Source of the DNA: Ostreococcus lucimarinus
Taxonomy: Eukaryota
Assembly: GCA_000092065.1 (NCBI GenBank)
Contig: CP000584.1
Strand: one strand, 5' to 3'
DNA: 64,000 nucleotides
Shown here one piece after another: positions 30,301 to 39,858 of this stretch (positions are counted from its first letter, which is position 1; each line of letters begins with the position of its first letter). The notes beneath the pieces are model-generated. The model saw only the letters and a program-made list of their open reading frames with translations. It had not been told where the DNA came from and searched no databases. The position numbers and the translations under genes were made by a program.

Positions 30301-33300
30301 CGCGCGTGACTTGCTTCTTCTTCACCTGTCGGGGCTCAAAGCTTACGACATTGCATGGTCAGTTCGTAACCGCAGCCGTCGAAGAAGGCGACGACGTGAG
30401 AATGACGCAAATTCGTGTTGTTGGTCAGCGTGGCAGATGCACGTTCACGGCGATAAGTGATGACGATGGGCGCTATGCAATCGATGTACTCGATCGCTCC
30501 GGGAACGTCCCCGTCAAGGCGAATATGCTCATCGGCGCGTATAAGGAAGAAGTTTTTGGTGAAGAATTCGAAGTTCCCCTCCTGGATACGAGCGATTCAG
30601 ATGGCGATGATGATTCGCTAAACGTTCCGACGCGAGTGTTACTCGTACTTCGTCGAAAGAACAGTTCGCTTGCGGCGCGTCTCGGGCATGAAGTCCCGGA
30701 TTACAGCAGCTCCTACTACGACGGCGAAACGCATCAGTATCTGGATCAACATGGATATAGTCCACCGTATGGCAGCTCCTACTACGACGGCGAAACGCAT
30801 CAGTATCCGGATCAACATGGATACAGTCCACCGTTCGGCAACACGCCATATGTGCACACTATTTACGATAACGCCTACGATTCAGGCGTTCCTGCCGCCA
30901 AAGTAGAGTTCCAAAGTTTGACGAATTTACGTCTGGAAAACACAACTCTTATGAAGAAAGATGGAGTTGCTGATGGTTGGAATGCAGGGGGGTCCTCGAA
31001 TCAGTCAATGTTTAATGTCACGGGTCGTTTTACTGGAATGGACGCGGTTGAGGGTATCAGGGTCGAATGCTCCTGCGATGATGGCGAATATGTCGTTGGT
31101 TTGAGCTACGCAGAGCACATAGCTAACTTTTCCAAAGCAGCGACCGAATTTGCCATTCACTGTCGTGGTAAAGGCTATGAGCCAGCCATCATTTCAGGTG
31201 GTCGCTCTTACGCAAATTCAAATAACTATCGGATGGCCATGGAGACGAGACCATCGCATCACATGACGGATCTATACGATGTGTACCAGTCAACTGACAT
31301 CACATCTTCGCCACCCATCTCCACGGCGAATGATTTCTCATATGCAGCAGCGCAGAGGCGACTACTGGCTCCAACGAGTTCGTACCCTGCAAGAAGCCCG
31401 ACGTCAAACGAGTATCCAACGACGAGCCCGACGCCAAGCAGTCAATTATTGAACTCTTATCCTCAGTCGTATGATGCGCAAACGAATGAGTATCCTCAGT
31501 CGTATGATGCGACGACGTCTACTTATTTTCCACCCTACCACATCGATGACTATCTCGATCGAGGCTATCGTTCAAACATGTGTATGAAGAAGACATTCAC
31601 CATTAAACTTACACGCAGTGGGCGTGTTTTGTTTTATGAAACGCAAGGCCATTGGCTGTACGATCATCCGGTGCAGCATGAAAATTTTCACCATACTCAG
31701 ACGTGGCAAACTGGTGGACAGTCGCCGCCGTACGGCTACACGGAGCAAACGCCACCGTACGGCTACGCGGAGCAAACGCCGCCGTACTCTGCGCGCGACA
31801 AGTCTTCCCTGGGCGCACATGCCGACGTTTCGCACACGGGCCAAGCTTTGCATGAGTACCATGAACCTGCTCAACTCATAGTACCGGTCGCGTACGCAGA
31901 AAGAGCACACAGCCCCTTGTTTGTGCGAATGGTGGTAATTTCACAAAATGTGACGCTGAGCGACGCCGACATACGTTGGACAGTGCCGACTCCCTCACCG
32001 CCGCCATCACCGCCACCATCACCACCGCCACCGTCACCACCGCCATCACCACCACCACCGCCGCCGCCGCCGTCCCCGCCGCCGCCGCCGCCTTCACCGC
32101 CGCCGCCGCCGCCGTCGCCACCGCCGTCGCCGCCGTCGCCGCCGCCGCCGCCCCCTGCGAAAGCTATCAGAGGTAACAGCGTCGATTGGACGGTGAAGAA
32201 GAACGTCGATAGTACCTCATCGGGGGGAGTTTTCTTGGTCGGATGGAATTCGAAGGGTGCTGCAGTGAGCGCGCGGGCGATCCATTCGTCCTCAAATGTC
32301 ACTCGAGGGATATCTGCAACTTTGGAACGTGGGCCTTATTCAATGGGTCACACTTGCGTAGGTCTGACGAGCTCTGCGGATCGCGAGACGGTTGATAGTT
32401 CTAACATCGATTTCGCCATGTGTTGCGAATGGGGTTATCTTGGTGTTTTTGAAAAGGGATCGCGCAAATGGCGTGCTAGTGGAAACTTGCAGGATAGTTG
32501 TTCACAAACGGACACGCTACAAATCGTCGTGAACGATGGGGATGGCGCGATCGAGTACTTCAAGAATCGGCGTCGCGTGTATACCAGTCAACGGACACCT
32601 CAGTATCCGCTTCACGCAGACGCTGAAGTCTATTTCGGAAGACTGGGTGAAGTTGTTTGGATTGAACGAATTCCATCACCGCCTCCTTCTCCTCCTCCAC
32701 CGCCTTCACCGCCGCCGCCACCATCACCGCCCCCGCCGCCCCCGCCTTCACCGCCGCCATTGCATCAGTTTACATCCGCGGATGTAGATCCACGCATCAA
32801 CACGGCCGCGGCTATTCCGCACATCACACGCGAGGAGTTCGAGGATTTCATCGAAAATATAACAGGCTTCCCTAATTTGGGACACGCCATCGTGATGGAT
32901 GAAATCTGGCAGTATATCGACGACGACGGGGACGGTGTTTTGAGTGAGATTGAGTTCCAGCACGCGTCTTACAAAATGCACACTCACGAGCTGTACGTTG
33001 ATCCCATCATCGTCTACCCCAGCCGCTCGATAAAACATCGCTACGGCTTCAAGGTTTCCAAATCAGTCAGGAGTGATTCTAGTGCCTGCGTGGGTGACGC
33101 CGTATCTTACGACGGTCCCTCTGCGTCGCTTGGTTCGTGCGAATTGACTTCGGAGAAGGAGCCTGTAGAGATTACATTATGGGGAAATGGTTTTGCTGGC
33201 ACACCGTCGACGACCACTATTTACAGCTTGGGAGCTTCCAAGAATGGAGACACTACGTACATCGCGAGCGCGCGCGTTTCTGTCGGCACCTGGTTCACGT

Positions 33301-36300
33301 ACAACGTGTGTGCGGTGATAAAGTTTCGCGTGATAAAGAAAGATGGTCAGTGCTCGATCGTCGTTGACCAAGTTCATAAGATGTGGCCAAGCCTGGTGTC
33401 TTCGAAATGTGGCATCACGCCACCCATCTATGACAGATGGAGCCGCTACATGGTTGCATCCGTTGCGACGTCGGCGACGAACGGCTTTGCTGGCATGAAA
33501 TCTTCTATGTTCAAGAGCTGCGCTGCGAGTTGTGAGAATGCGATTCTACTTCGACACAATAAAACTGTGCCGTACAATACATCTGAGTGGCGAAATTATT
33601 ACGAGTCTCTAGTAAAACGAGACATGGAGCCGACTACTCACGTCGACTGCTCTCACCGAGAAGACATGGTTGTGCTCGGCAGAGAAGAGGACACGCTCGC
33701 CATGCCCATGGTGCTCTCATCCATGGCTAGGAAGCAATGGCTTCTTGACCTCGATTCGGCGCGGCGAAAGCAGAGTACCAGTGAGAATGTCACCAAATTG
33801 CTCGGCACCATGCACTCCAATTTTGCCATCAGTTCAGATTTATGGCTGCCGGATATTGTACACGTGTTTGACAAAATTCCAAAGCCTGAAAATGCTTCTT
33901 CGGGTCCATCCAAGGAGGATGAAATTCACGTGGTGGATAACGATCTCGGGAATTCTTTCTCAAACTTTGCGCGTATAGAAGTAAACCGACTCCAACTTGA
34001 ACACAAGCGCATTGGAGAAAAAACATTTACAGATGACACCGCCGCTGTGGTCAAAGGCGCTATTCTTTTCCCACAGCATCTCACGGGCGGCAGTCCAAAC
34101 TGTGGATTGTTTGAAGCCATGATTCGTGTTTACGACGTGGAAGAAGACGGCGAGCCAGATGTATACTTGACTGAAGAAGATGGCTCGTTCGAGATGGCTT
34201 TAACGCGTGGAAAGACCTTCAGAATTGAAGCCTTTTATGAAGGACACACCATTTGCTACGCCGGAAGTCAGCCTCAAGACGCGACGTCACCCAATGGCTA
34301 TGATTTCGAAGGAGGACAGCAGGCGTGTGTCAAGACGACCCACACGCTCGCTCGTGTCGGCGATGGCAACTTTTTATACTTTACAGATATTACGCGCGGA
34401 AATATTGACCTTGGTTTGTATGCGGGAGAATGCGAAGAAAGGTACACGGGCGAAGATGTCAAGTTTAGGGTAACGCCCGTCAACGGCTGTCATAAACCCG
34501 TCATCGTTTCCGAAACCGACATCAACGAGCGATGGCATACGATTGAGGATATCCTACCGGAAGGCCAGCAGGTTGGCGACAACGCCCGCGTGTGGAAATT
34601 CGCGGCGATGGATTACTCCATCACGCTAGCGAGTGGTTCCGACATCAGTAGAGTTACCGAAAAAGCGTGTCCAGACGAGGCATGCCCAGATTACTGGGAT
34701 GGATGTCAAGTCGAGCCAGACGACATGCGTCAATTTTTCCGCAATCGAAACTCACTCGAAAGACTTGCGCTGATGAGAGATGAATTTGCGTGGAATTCCA
34801 TCAGGTACAAGTATCACGGATATATCTGCGCACAAATAATGGACATTCCTCGAATCACTGATAACGAGCTCAGACTCGAGACTTGCGTAGGCAACTTAAC
34901 TTCCGGAATGTTGACAGAGAAGCATTTACTGGGTTCGTCTGATCACGACACAATCAGCGTCGCCGCTGACAAATCGTTGAGGGTGAAGGTGTTTGAACTT
35001 CACGATCTCACACCGAATGCCGCAGATGCCCCATTTAAATGCACAAAGTTTCCAAATACGCAAAGTCGCACGGGAAACACGAAATTTTCCGTTCGACAGA
35101 CTGTCACAAATGAAGAAGATAACGTGTGTCATCCAAATCGCGGGGGTGGGCCCCTGTGCGATTTTGAAGTTAATATATCAACGGCTGACGTCGGCAAACT
35201 CATCTTTCCGACGGAAGAAGATACGGATCAGGAAACTACCCAAATGGTCATTGCCGCGGGGTATCCAAACCTTGCAAACCCGTATCGACGAGAAGTCACG
35301 ATCACTGTGACACGCGACGATACACCCTTGGACGGTGGTCTTGGGCGATCGCTGCAAGCAACGATGACGCGAGTACTTATCCCATTGGGCTCCAAGCCAC
35401 GAGGAGGATTTGACACGGGAGATGACACCTTGTGGGCGACAGTGCCTATTGATGGATTGGTATACACAGTGGTGCACGATCCGCCAGGTGGTAATTCTGT
35501 AGCCGAGCTGCAATCTGGATCTGAGATTACGATTCAGTGGGAAATCGCTTCAGCTCGCTCTGTGAAAGTTGGCAGATCGATCGAGCTCAACCTCGGTTTC
35601 GCAGGTAAAACTACGTTTGATCTAGGCTTTAACGCCGGTTACACCGCAGAGGCTGCTACAAAATCGAGCGTTCTCACGTTGGAGACGGAGAAAGATTTCG
35701 GACACAAAGAATCTGGTCCACACTTCACCGCGAAGGCGACGTCCGAAGAAGTGTGGGAGACGACGGTTACGATGGATCGACACATCCGGAGCAGCGACGA
35801 TGAAGGCACACCTGGACGTCCGGGCGACGTCATTTTAGGAGGTGGTATCGAACTCGTGTACAAGGTATCAGATACGCTCGACGTAGGTACTGTTGACGAC
35901 TGCTTAACTACGGGTGTTGGTATAACCTGGTTACCGCGTCGACCAACCTCTTACGTGTTCAACGTCTTTTCCATCGAGTCTCAAGTGCTGCCGAATCTCT
36001 ACTTTCTGTATACTGTCGCCAAGTCTGGCGAAAATACGGCGAAGACACCGTCAGATAGAATCGTCAAGGATGGATCGGGTATGCGATATGAGTGCGCGTC
36101 ATCGCCGTGCTCTAACTCAGAAATGAATCAACATTGGGCAAGCTACATACTGAGACGAATCCATACGTGGAAGCGAACGTTGCTTTGGTCCTCGCCCGAA
36201 GTTTACTGGATGCCAAAGGGTGCGAGTTATGAAAAGAACTACAAAGCATACGATCGCATCAATGAACCGTACATCGATTCACGTTCCCTCTTTGAACGGC

Positions 36301-39300
36301 GCATGTCATCCGCGTTGGCACAGCGTGATTCCAAGCGTGATCCATCGATTCTGAGGGTTGCATTCGAGCTGAGTAAAATGTGGTACGAGCAATCCCTCCT
36401 CAGTGTGGGTGACAGAGGCATGCTTCGTTCGAAACCTCACATCCCTGCTTTATTTCTCACTGCAGGACTGGAAATTCCGAGACTAGCACCATTTCTCGAA
36501 AATTCACGAGCAGCGTCTTTTGCTTCGATCGCGTACCCACGTTCGTCAAAGGGTGCGTGGTCATTCGATGAAGTGGTAAATGACCAAACAAACATCGGAA
36601 TGTACTCTTTTGGGATGAACGAAGTCGCCGCTCGTGACCTCGATGCGCAGGTCAAGAAGTGCGACGGTGTACTGTGCGAGACCAGTGGAGAATTCGACGC
36701 CGCACCACATGACGTGTTGTACGGAGGATCACTGAACGCCATGGGTGAGACCGGCGACCTTCGCGCCACGGACCCTTCGCGCTTAATGGCGTCTCTTACT
36801 GGGACTCCTGGTCCAACCGGAATGCTTCAAAAGGATGCCGTCGCGAGCGGCGGAGAAGAGGAGACGATATACTTAACTTTTGGTGGTGGTGGACATGCGT
36901 TGGAATTCTCTTTCAGCGCAAAGGAGTCCATCAACCGCGATGCATTCGCGTACTCGCTTGACTTTGATGCAAGCGCCGAAAACACAAACAACATGAAGTT
37001 CTCGGGCTCACCAATACCCACCATCGAGTTTAATCGAGCGACAGACATCGCCAGAACGCTGTCCACGGATCGTATCTTTGCGTGGAACAAGTACGGAACG
37101 ATGACGACGGTGTATTCTCTCGCGGATCCAGATTATGGCGATAAATTTGTTCTGAAAGTCGGAAGCGATGCGCGATTCGGCACACCGCTCTTCATGACAA
37201 TGGGCGGTAGATCCATGTGTCCCGGCGAATTGACGACGATGTGGCGCGAATCGGGAAATATCATTGAAAGACCTCGTTCGTTATCCTTTGGTACGCTCCC
37301 GCTGAACCCAGGAGAGCGCGCTGTTCACGAAATAACTATTCAGAATGAATCTCCATACAGAGAAGCCCGACCGCTGTATTTACGTATCGTTGATGGACAC
37401 TCAGAGTCGTTACGATCGCTGGTGCGCGCAGCGCTGAACATCATCAAGGATGATGAATCAGCTTCGGCACAACATGTAGCCACAGTTGTCACGAACACTG
37501 CTGCAAACTCAGTAGCTTCGGCATCCCTGTCCATGGCCACTGTCATAGAGAAAGTTGAAGAGGCAGCTGGCAGCGGCGACGCGACTGCCCTGAGTGTTAT
37601 GCAAGTCGTCGTCGCCGAAGTCGAGAGCGTCAGTAAATCGGCTATGACGCCGTTACAGGATGTAGAGATTACCGTGAACGGCAAGAAGGTGGTACCTGTC
37701 GCTGAGTGGCTTCCTTTGAAGCATGTCATCGGCGATGCTCTTGAATCACAACGGACCGTTCACAAGACTGTGTTCAACTTGGGTTTCAAGCCAACGGAAA
37801 CCTCGCATCCTATCATTGAACACATTCAAGTTGAAATTGGATCTCTGTGCGAAATGCAAATCTCATATGATGGAGCTGGTCTGTATCGCGATCCAATCGC
37901 CGTCAAGGCTCAACTTGAAAAGATGCGATGGGAATCCAAGTGTCCGAGCGTGACGTTTTCCAAGTCCACCGTCATTGACAGTGAAATCACGCGCGCAAAC
38001 GCGACTGCGCCGCCGCTTCGTTTGGTGGTGGTCAATCCCGATTCTGGAAACTTGTGGGATCCTAGCAGCGCCAGTAGACTCGAAAAGGTTGTCGTACAGT
38101 ACAGACCGCTTTCGGGTGGCGAATGGATTACTGCGAAGGAGGATCATGTGAAGTACAAAGACGACTCGTACAAGAAAAATCTCATCTGCGAACATTCTCG
38201 AACGAGCGGATGCACGTGGGACTGGGATTTGAACAACAAATACGACAAGTTACTCAGCGGATACAAGGACGGTGCGTACGAGGTTCGCGTTAAAAACTTT
38301 TGCTCGGGCGGTGACGCTTTCGCCGCGACCGAGGTGCACGAGTACGTCGGCGATAAGACGCTATTACTCTTCACGGATACGAAAAACCCGCTCGTCGAGC
38401 AGCACGTGTCGTCACCCGCGGCGCGCACCGTCACCATCGTGTACGCGGAGGAAATCGATTGCGCAGATCCACCGACCTTCGAAGTGGCGCAAACTCACGA
38501 CGAATCCTGCGTCGCCGTCGCGGGCGATGGCACAGTCAGCGCGGCTATCATTCGTGAGTCTTACGAGCAAACGTGCCTCAACACCGGCGTTCAAGGAAAG
38601 TGGATGATGCAATATCCCAACAATGAGGATGCTCCGAATCCTGGATTGTACAGAGTCACCGTCAGAGACATACGTGACAAAGCCGGTAACCCTTTCGTCG
38701 GCGATTTGACGATAAACTACGTCGTGGGTGACGTCGTCGATGACTGTGACATTTTGAAAGCATCCAAAGATGACCTCACCCCGCTCATCGGTTTGGGAAA
38801 TTTCGCCGATGTTCAAGGCAATACCATCTGGGGGGTGTACTCTAAAAATATCGACTGTCGCTCGCAGCGAGTCACCATCACGAAGAGTTTTGATCAATCG
38901 TGCCGATCCACGAGCACAGAAATTGGCACAACCAACTTCACGCTTGCGTGCGTGAACGTCGGCGGAACGGGACAATGGATCATGAAATATCCTGAAGATC
39001 TGGAATCTGGAGTTTACACCGTGCGAGTTCAAGGCGTGAAAGATCGCACTGGTCACGAAGCGTCTTCTTTCATTCGCAAGTTTACAACGCTTCATAACTC
39101 GGATGGAACGTTGAACGAATGCGACGACGCGTCCGCCTCTTTTGCCATCGGACTTGGGCGGATGCGTCGTCGACGTCTCGCTCCGAGCGCGTCCGCGACA
39201 AAGACGTCCACAAACTTGATTCTGTCCGATCTCGCCATCGTCGTGTTCGCTATCTGCGCGCTCGTGATGATCATCAAGAAAAGAATCGCGCTGCCCGCGG

Positions 39301-39371
39301 ATGAGAGTGAGCTGCGCGAACGCGAAGCCTTCGACAAGGTGGACATTCCGCGCTATGGTTCATCTTTGTGA
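27321..39371 (+). CDS. Giant single-exon gene encoding a 4016-aa secreted, C-terminally membrane-anchored protein. It has an N-terminal signal peptide, Cys-rich and extensin-like PPSPPP modules, an EF-hand loop and internal duplications. No family assignment is possible from sequence alone.
   Basis: A 12,051-nt uninterrupted ORF is vanishingly unlikely by chance. Signal peptide MAAMRARFARGASMSALLLALCALASLLGVARG. PPSPPP blocks at 27617-27672, 31990-32157 and 32675-32760. EF-hand loop DDDGDGVLSEIEFQHA (~32921-32962). TM anchor LILSDLAIVVFAICALVMIIKKR (~39211-39280) with a short tail. Confidence 0.85.
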   Translation: MAAMRARFARGASMSALLLALCALASLLGVARGGGSPSPSPVHCSARWIDVNKGGCPSCGPGTYSKRYQIDRDPAYDGRRCPHVNGHVSYGHDCEAPPCPPPPPSPPPPSPPPPPPGQFVPVQVSINDPVPRVSDAYDFHILTSHPSCDSQNDCFESHIETDVSEHHVGLRCDVTVQKKDQVCATFGRHMPCRLWNDFYPTTLTLTDEHGDIVEGDYVIEYECYFELANGELVPEPTKVKKTLHEFSVSKGCDLKMNLNRDSKAELAAYLLSGADEFNIADCSSLKSIYAAKEAVFRIFDSNPTDGRLDHEEILIGVEAHSMDTQIVNHWKDIVDAEGGDGLFLTLSNFMSADIAPRGCQSGAGDVVTFTEATYPTSDPGRETGSRQCGEMAGSMKTTWSFPRSMQLGDWSCVYIDGLLYSQLLAQTSRNAVSMQNSVTDIRPVIGSFHDAEQSLAAHFTFAGVSNARLISSESPRADGQEVVPTLSIDDTYTGSLRVFTASQHGKHGACLNSCQGCTFHSYKYIGEPFKNDFAVSMQIFIPTQLSSNSGFRKKSEPLMSFTSDASGSMQHSIKLRLGTALSKFSLQFIHEKVNSVTGHRDELSEPIPLGAFGRWTSIGFSFHPKDGLTLYRFSVEGGRVTHEIKVPSNNDEWKSRLRDTLHLMHRREFFKENRIEYDDLRVYTGRVKNNTFIDAYKCDALGAQCAPRAHATPNSRRVVCVMLDVHDSSGGDARAPYSCTGALYYDGGAIEVRAKMDLTGVAFEFRDTAWHESSFEILRRTHDPSGDNAFDTVVLVDGGLNGCASMFSSITYLDREAGQQPNSRWQYKIKTKTDDVDVSFLSLTTHFKTPWIGQIVGEVMAGKSVVPVGEVRICADFVKPNGTFLMYRSHNHSNLALHMPVVHTSNLTISAEQQAHRATDGLHLKPDSIRVARGQYLRVNLDYWSAIQEVEVCTATGENNFRTFVREFDPGYSVNHGHECKLRETNATQTFSASRVTCFFFTCRGSKLTTLHGQFVTAAVEEGDDVRMTQIRVVGQRGRCTFTAISDDDGRYAIDVLDRSGNVPVKANMLIGAYKEEVFGEEFEVPLLDTSDSDGDDDSLNVPTRVLLVLRRKNSSLAARLGHEVPDYSSSYYDGETHQYLDQHGYSPPYGSSYYDGETHQYPDQHGYSPPFGNTPYVHTIYDNAYDSGVPAAKVEFQSLTNLRLENTTLMKKDGVADGWNAGGSSNQSMFNVTGRFTGMDAVEGIRVECSCDDGEYVVGLSYAEHIANFSKAATEFAIHCRGKGYEPAIISGGRSYANSNNYRMAMETRPSHHMTDLYDVYQSTDITSSPPISTANDFSYAAAQRRLLAPTSSYPARSPTSNEYPTTSPTPSSQLLNSYPQSYDAQTNEYPQSYDATTSTYFPPYHIDDYLDRGYRSNMCMKKTFTIKLTRSGRVLFYETQGHWLYDHPVQHENFHHTQTWQTGGQSPPYGYTEQTPPYGYAEQTPPYSARDKSSLGAHADVSHTGQALHEYHEPAQLIVPVAYAERAHSPLFVRMVVISQNVTLSDADIRWTVPTPSPPPSPPPSPPPPSPPPSPPPPPPPPSPPPPPPSPPPPPPSPPPSPPSPPPPPPAKAIRGNSVDWTVKKNVDSTSSGGVFLVGWNSKGAAVSARAIHSSSNVTRGISATLERGPYSMGHTCVGLTSSADRETVDSSNIDFAMCCEWGYLGVFEKGSRKWRASGNLQDSCSQTDTLQIVVNDGDGAIEYFKNRRRVYTSQRTPQYPLHADAEVYFGRLGEVVWIERIPSPPPSPPPPPSPPPPPSPPPPPPPSPPPLHQFTSADVDPRINTAAAIPHITREEFEDFIENITGFPNLGHAIVMDEIWQYIDDDGDGVLSEIEFQHASYKMHTHELYVDPIIVYPSRSIKHRYGFKVSKSVRSDSSACVGDAVSYDGPSASLGSCELTSEKEPVEITLWGNGFAGTPSTTTIYSLGASKNGDTTYIASARVSVGTWFTYNVCAVIKFRVIKKDGQCSIVVDQVHKMWPSLVSSKCGITPPIYDRWSRYMVASVATSATNGFAGMKSSMFKSCAASCENAILLRHNKTVPYNTSEWRNYYESLVKRDMEPTTHVDCSHREDMVVLGREEDTLAMPMVLSSMARKQWLLDLDSARRKQSTSENVTKLLGTMHSNFAISSDLWLPDIVHVFDKIPKPENASSGPSKEDEIHVVDNDLGNSFSNFARIEVNRLQLEHKRIGEKTFTDDTAAVVKGAILFPQHLTGGSPNCGLFEAMIRVYDVEEDGEPDVYLTEEDGSFEMALTRGKTFRIEAFYEGHTICYAGSQPQDATSPNGYDFEGGQQACVKTTHTLARVGDGNFLYFTDITRGNIDLGLYAGECEERYTGEDVKFRVTPVNGCHKPVIVSETDINERWHTIEDILPEGQQVGDNARVWKFAAMDYSITLASGSDISRVTEKACPDEACPDYWDGCQVEPDDMRQFFRNRNSLERLALMRDEFAWNSIRYKYHGYICAQIMDIPRITDNELRLETCVGNLTSGMLTEKHLLGSSDHDTISVAADKSLRVKVFELHDLTPNAADAPFKCTKFPNTQSRTGNTKFSVRQTVTNEEDNVCHPNRGGGPLCDFEVNISTADVGKLIFPTEEDTDQETTQMVIAAGYPNLANPYRREVTITVTRDDTPLDGGLGRSLQATMTRVLIPLGSKPRGGFDTGDDTLWATVPIDGLVYTVVHDPPGGNSVAELQSGSEITIQWEIASARSVKVGRSIELNLGFAGKTTFDLGFNAGYTAEAATKSSVLTLETEKDFGHKESGPHFTAKATSEEVWETTVTMDRHIRSSDDEGTPGRPGDVILGGGIELVYKVSDTLDVGTVDDCLTTGVGITWLPRRPTSYVFNVFSIESQVLPNLYFLYTVAKSGENTAKTPSDRIVKDGSGMRYECASSPCSNSEMNQHWASYILRRIHTWKRTLLWSSPEVYWMPKGASYEKNYKAYDRINEPYIDSRSLFERRMSSALAQRDSKRDPSILRVAFELSKMWYEQSLLSVGDRGMLRSKPHIPALFLTAGLEIPRLAPFLENSRAASFASIAYPRSSKGAWSFDEVVNDQTNIGMYSFGMNEVAARDLDAQVKKCDGVLCETSGEFDAAPHDVLYGGSLNAMGETGDLRATDPSRLMASLTGTPGPTGMLQKDAVASGGEEETIYLTFGGGGHALEFSFSAKESINRDAFAYSLDFDASAENTNNMKFSGSPIPTIEFNRATDIARTLSTDRIFAWNKYGTMTTVYSLADPDYGDKFVLKVGSDARFGTPLFMTMGGRSMCPGELTTMWRESGNIIERPRSLSFGTLPLNPGERAVHEITIQNESPYREARPLYLRIVDGHSESLRSLVRAALNIIKDDESASAQHVATVVTNTAANSVASASLSMATVIEKVEEAAGSGDATALSVMQVVVAEVESVSKSAMTPLQDVEITVNGKKVVPVAEWLPLKHVIGDALESQRTVHKTVFNLGFKPTETSHPIIEHIQVEIGSLCEMQISYDGAGLYRDPIAVKAQLEKMRWESKCPSVTFSKSTVIDSEITRANATAPPLRLVVVNPDSGNLWDPSSASRLEKVVVQYRPLSGGEWITAKEDHVKYKDDSYKKNLICEHSRTSGCTWDWDLNNKYDKLLSGYKDGAYEVRVKNFCSGGDAFAATEVHEYVGDKTLLLFTDTKNPLVEQHVSSPAARTVTIVYAEEIDCADPPTFEVAQTHDESCVAVAGDGTVSAAIIRESYEQTCLNTGVQGKWMMQYPNNEDAPNPGLYRVTVRDIRDKAGNPFVGDLTINYVVGDVVDDCDILKASKDDLTPLIGLGNFADVQGNTIWGVYSKNIDCRSQRVTITKSFDQSCRSTSTEIGTTNFTLACVNVGGTGQWIMKYPEDLESGVYTVRVQGVKDRTGHEASSFIRKFTTLHNSDGTLNECDDASASFAIGLGRMRRRRLAPSASATKTSTNLILSDLAIVVFAICALVMIIKKRIALPADESELREREAFDKVDIPRYGSSL
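30708..30839 (+). repeat. In-frame 2 x 66-nt tandem duplication inside the giant gene (SSYYDGETHQY[L/P]DQHGYSPP[Y/F]G).
   Basis: Two adjacent near-identical 66-mers differing at ~4 positions. Similar short PPYGY(T/A)EQT and NEYPQSYDA(Q/T)T repeats follow at ~31440-31800. Confidence 0.85.
31990..32157 (+). repeat. Low-complexity (CCGCCGYCR)n tract encoding (S)PPPSPPPP extensin/HRGP-like repeats. Similar tracts lie at 27617-27672 and 32675-32760.
   Basis: Direct reading: ccgccgccatcaccgccaccatcacc...ccgccgccgccgccccct. Confidence 0.8.
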
Positions 39372-39858
39372 TTCCACCGCGCGAATTGACCGTCGGCGAC
39401 AAAGTCGAGAAACCGACGAACCTACGTCGCCGTCACTTTTTGACAATTTTGATTTACTCCTTTTCTCTATGTTCGAGTCGCCGCCGTTCGACCTCGCGTC
39501 TCGCCTCCTTCGCGCGCCGTCGCCCCGGGAGTCACCGCCGTCGTTTGGCGAAATCTCGCGCCGTCGAGCGTTTTGAGCGTTTTTCGCCGCGCGCGACCGC
39601 CTCGACCGCCGCGCCCTCGGCCGCGCGAGCGCGCGACGCGCGGCGAGGGCGACATGGCGGCGACGCGCGAGGACGACGGCGACGTTGAGGCGCGGCTGCG
39701 CGCGCGCTGGGCGGCGGACGGACGCAAAAACCCCGACGTCGAGGACGCGCTGCGGCGCGTGGGGATCGCGAAGGCGCGCGAGCGACGGTGCGTCCGCGCC
39801 GCGCGGGCGACGACGACGACGGCGACGAGCGATGCGCGAACGACACTAACGCTCGTTT

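Noticed and set aside
31990-32157. Pro-rich tract as a non-coding simple repeat or satellite.
   Set aside because: It maintains the reading frame of the 12-kb ORF and encodes coherent SPPPP motifs, so it is coding low complexity.
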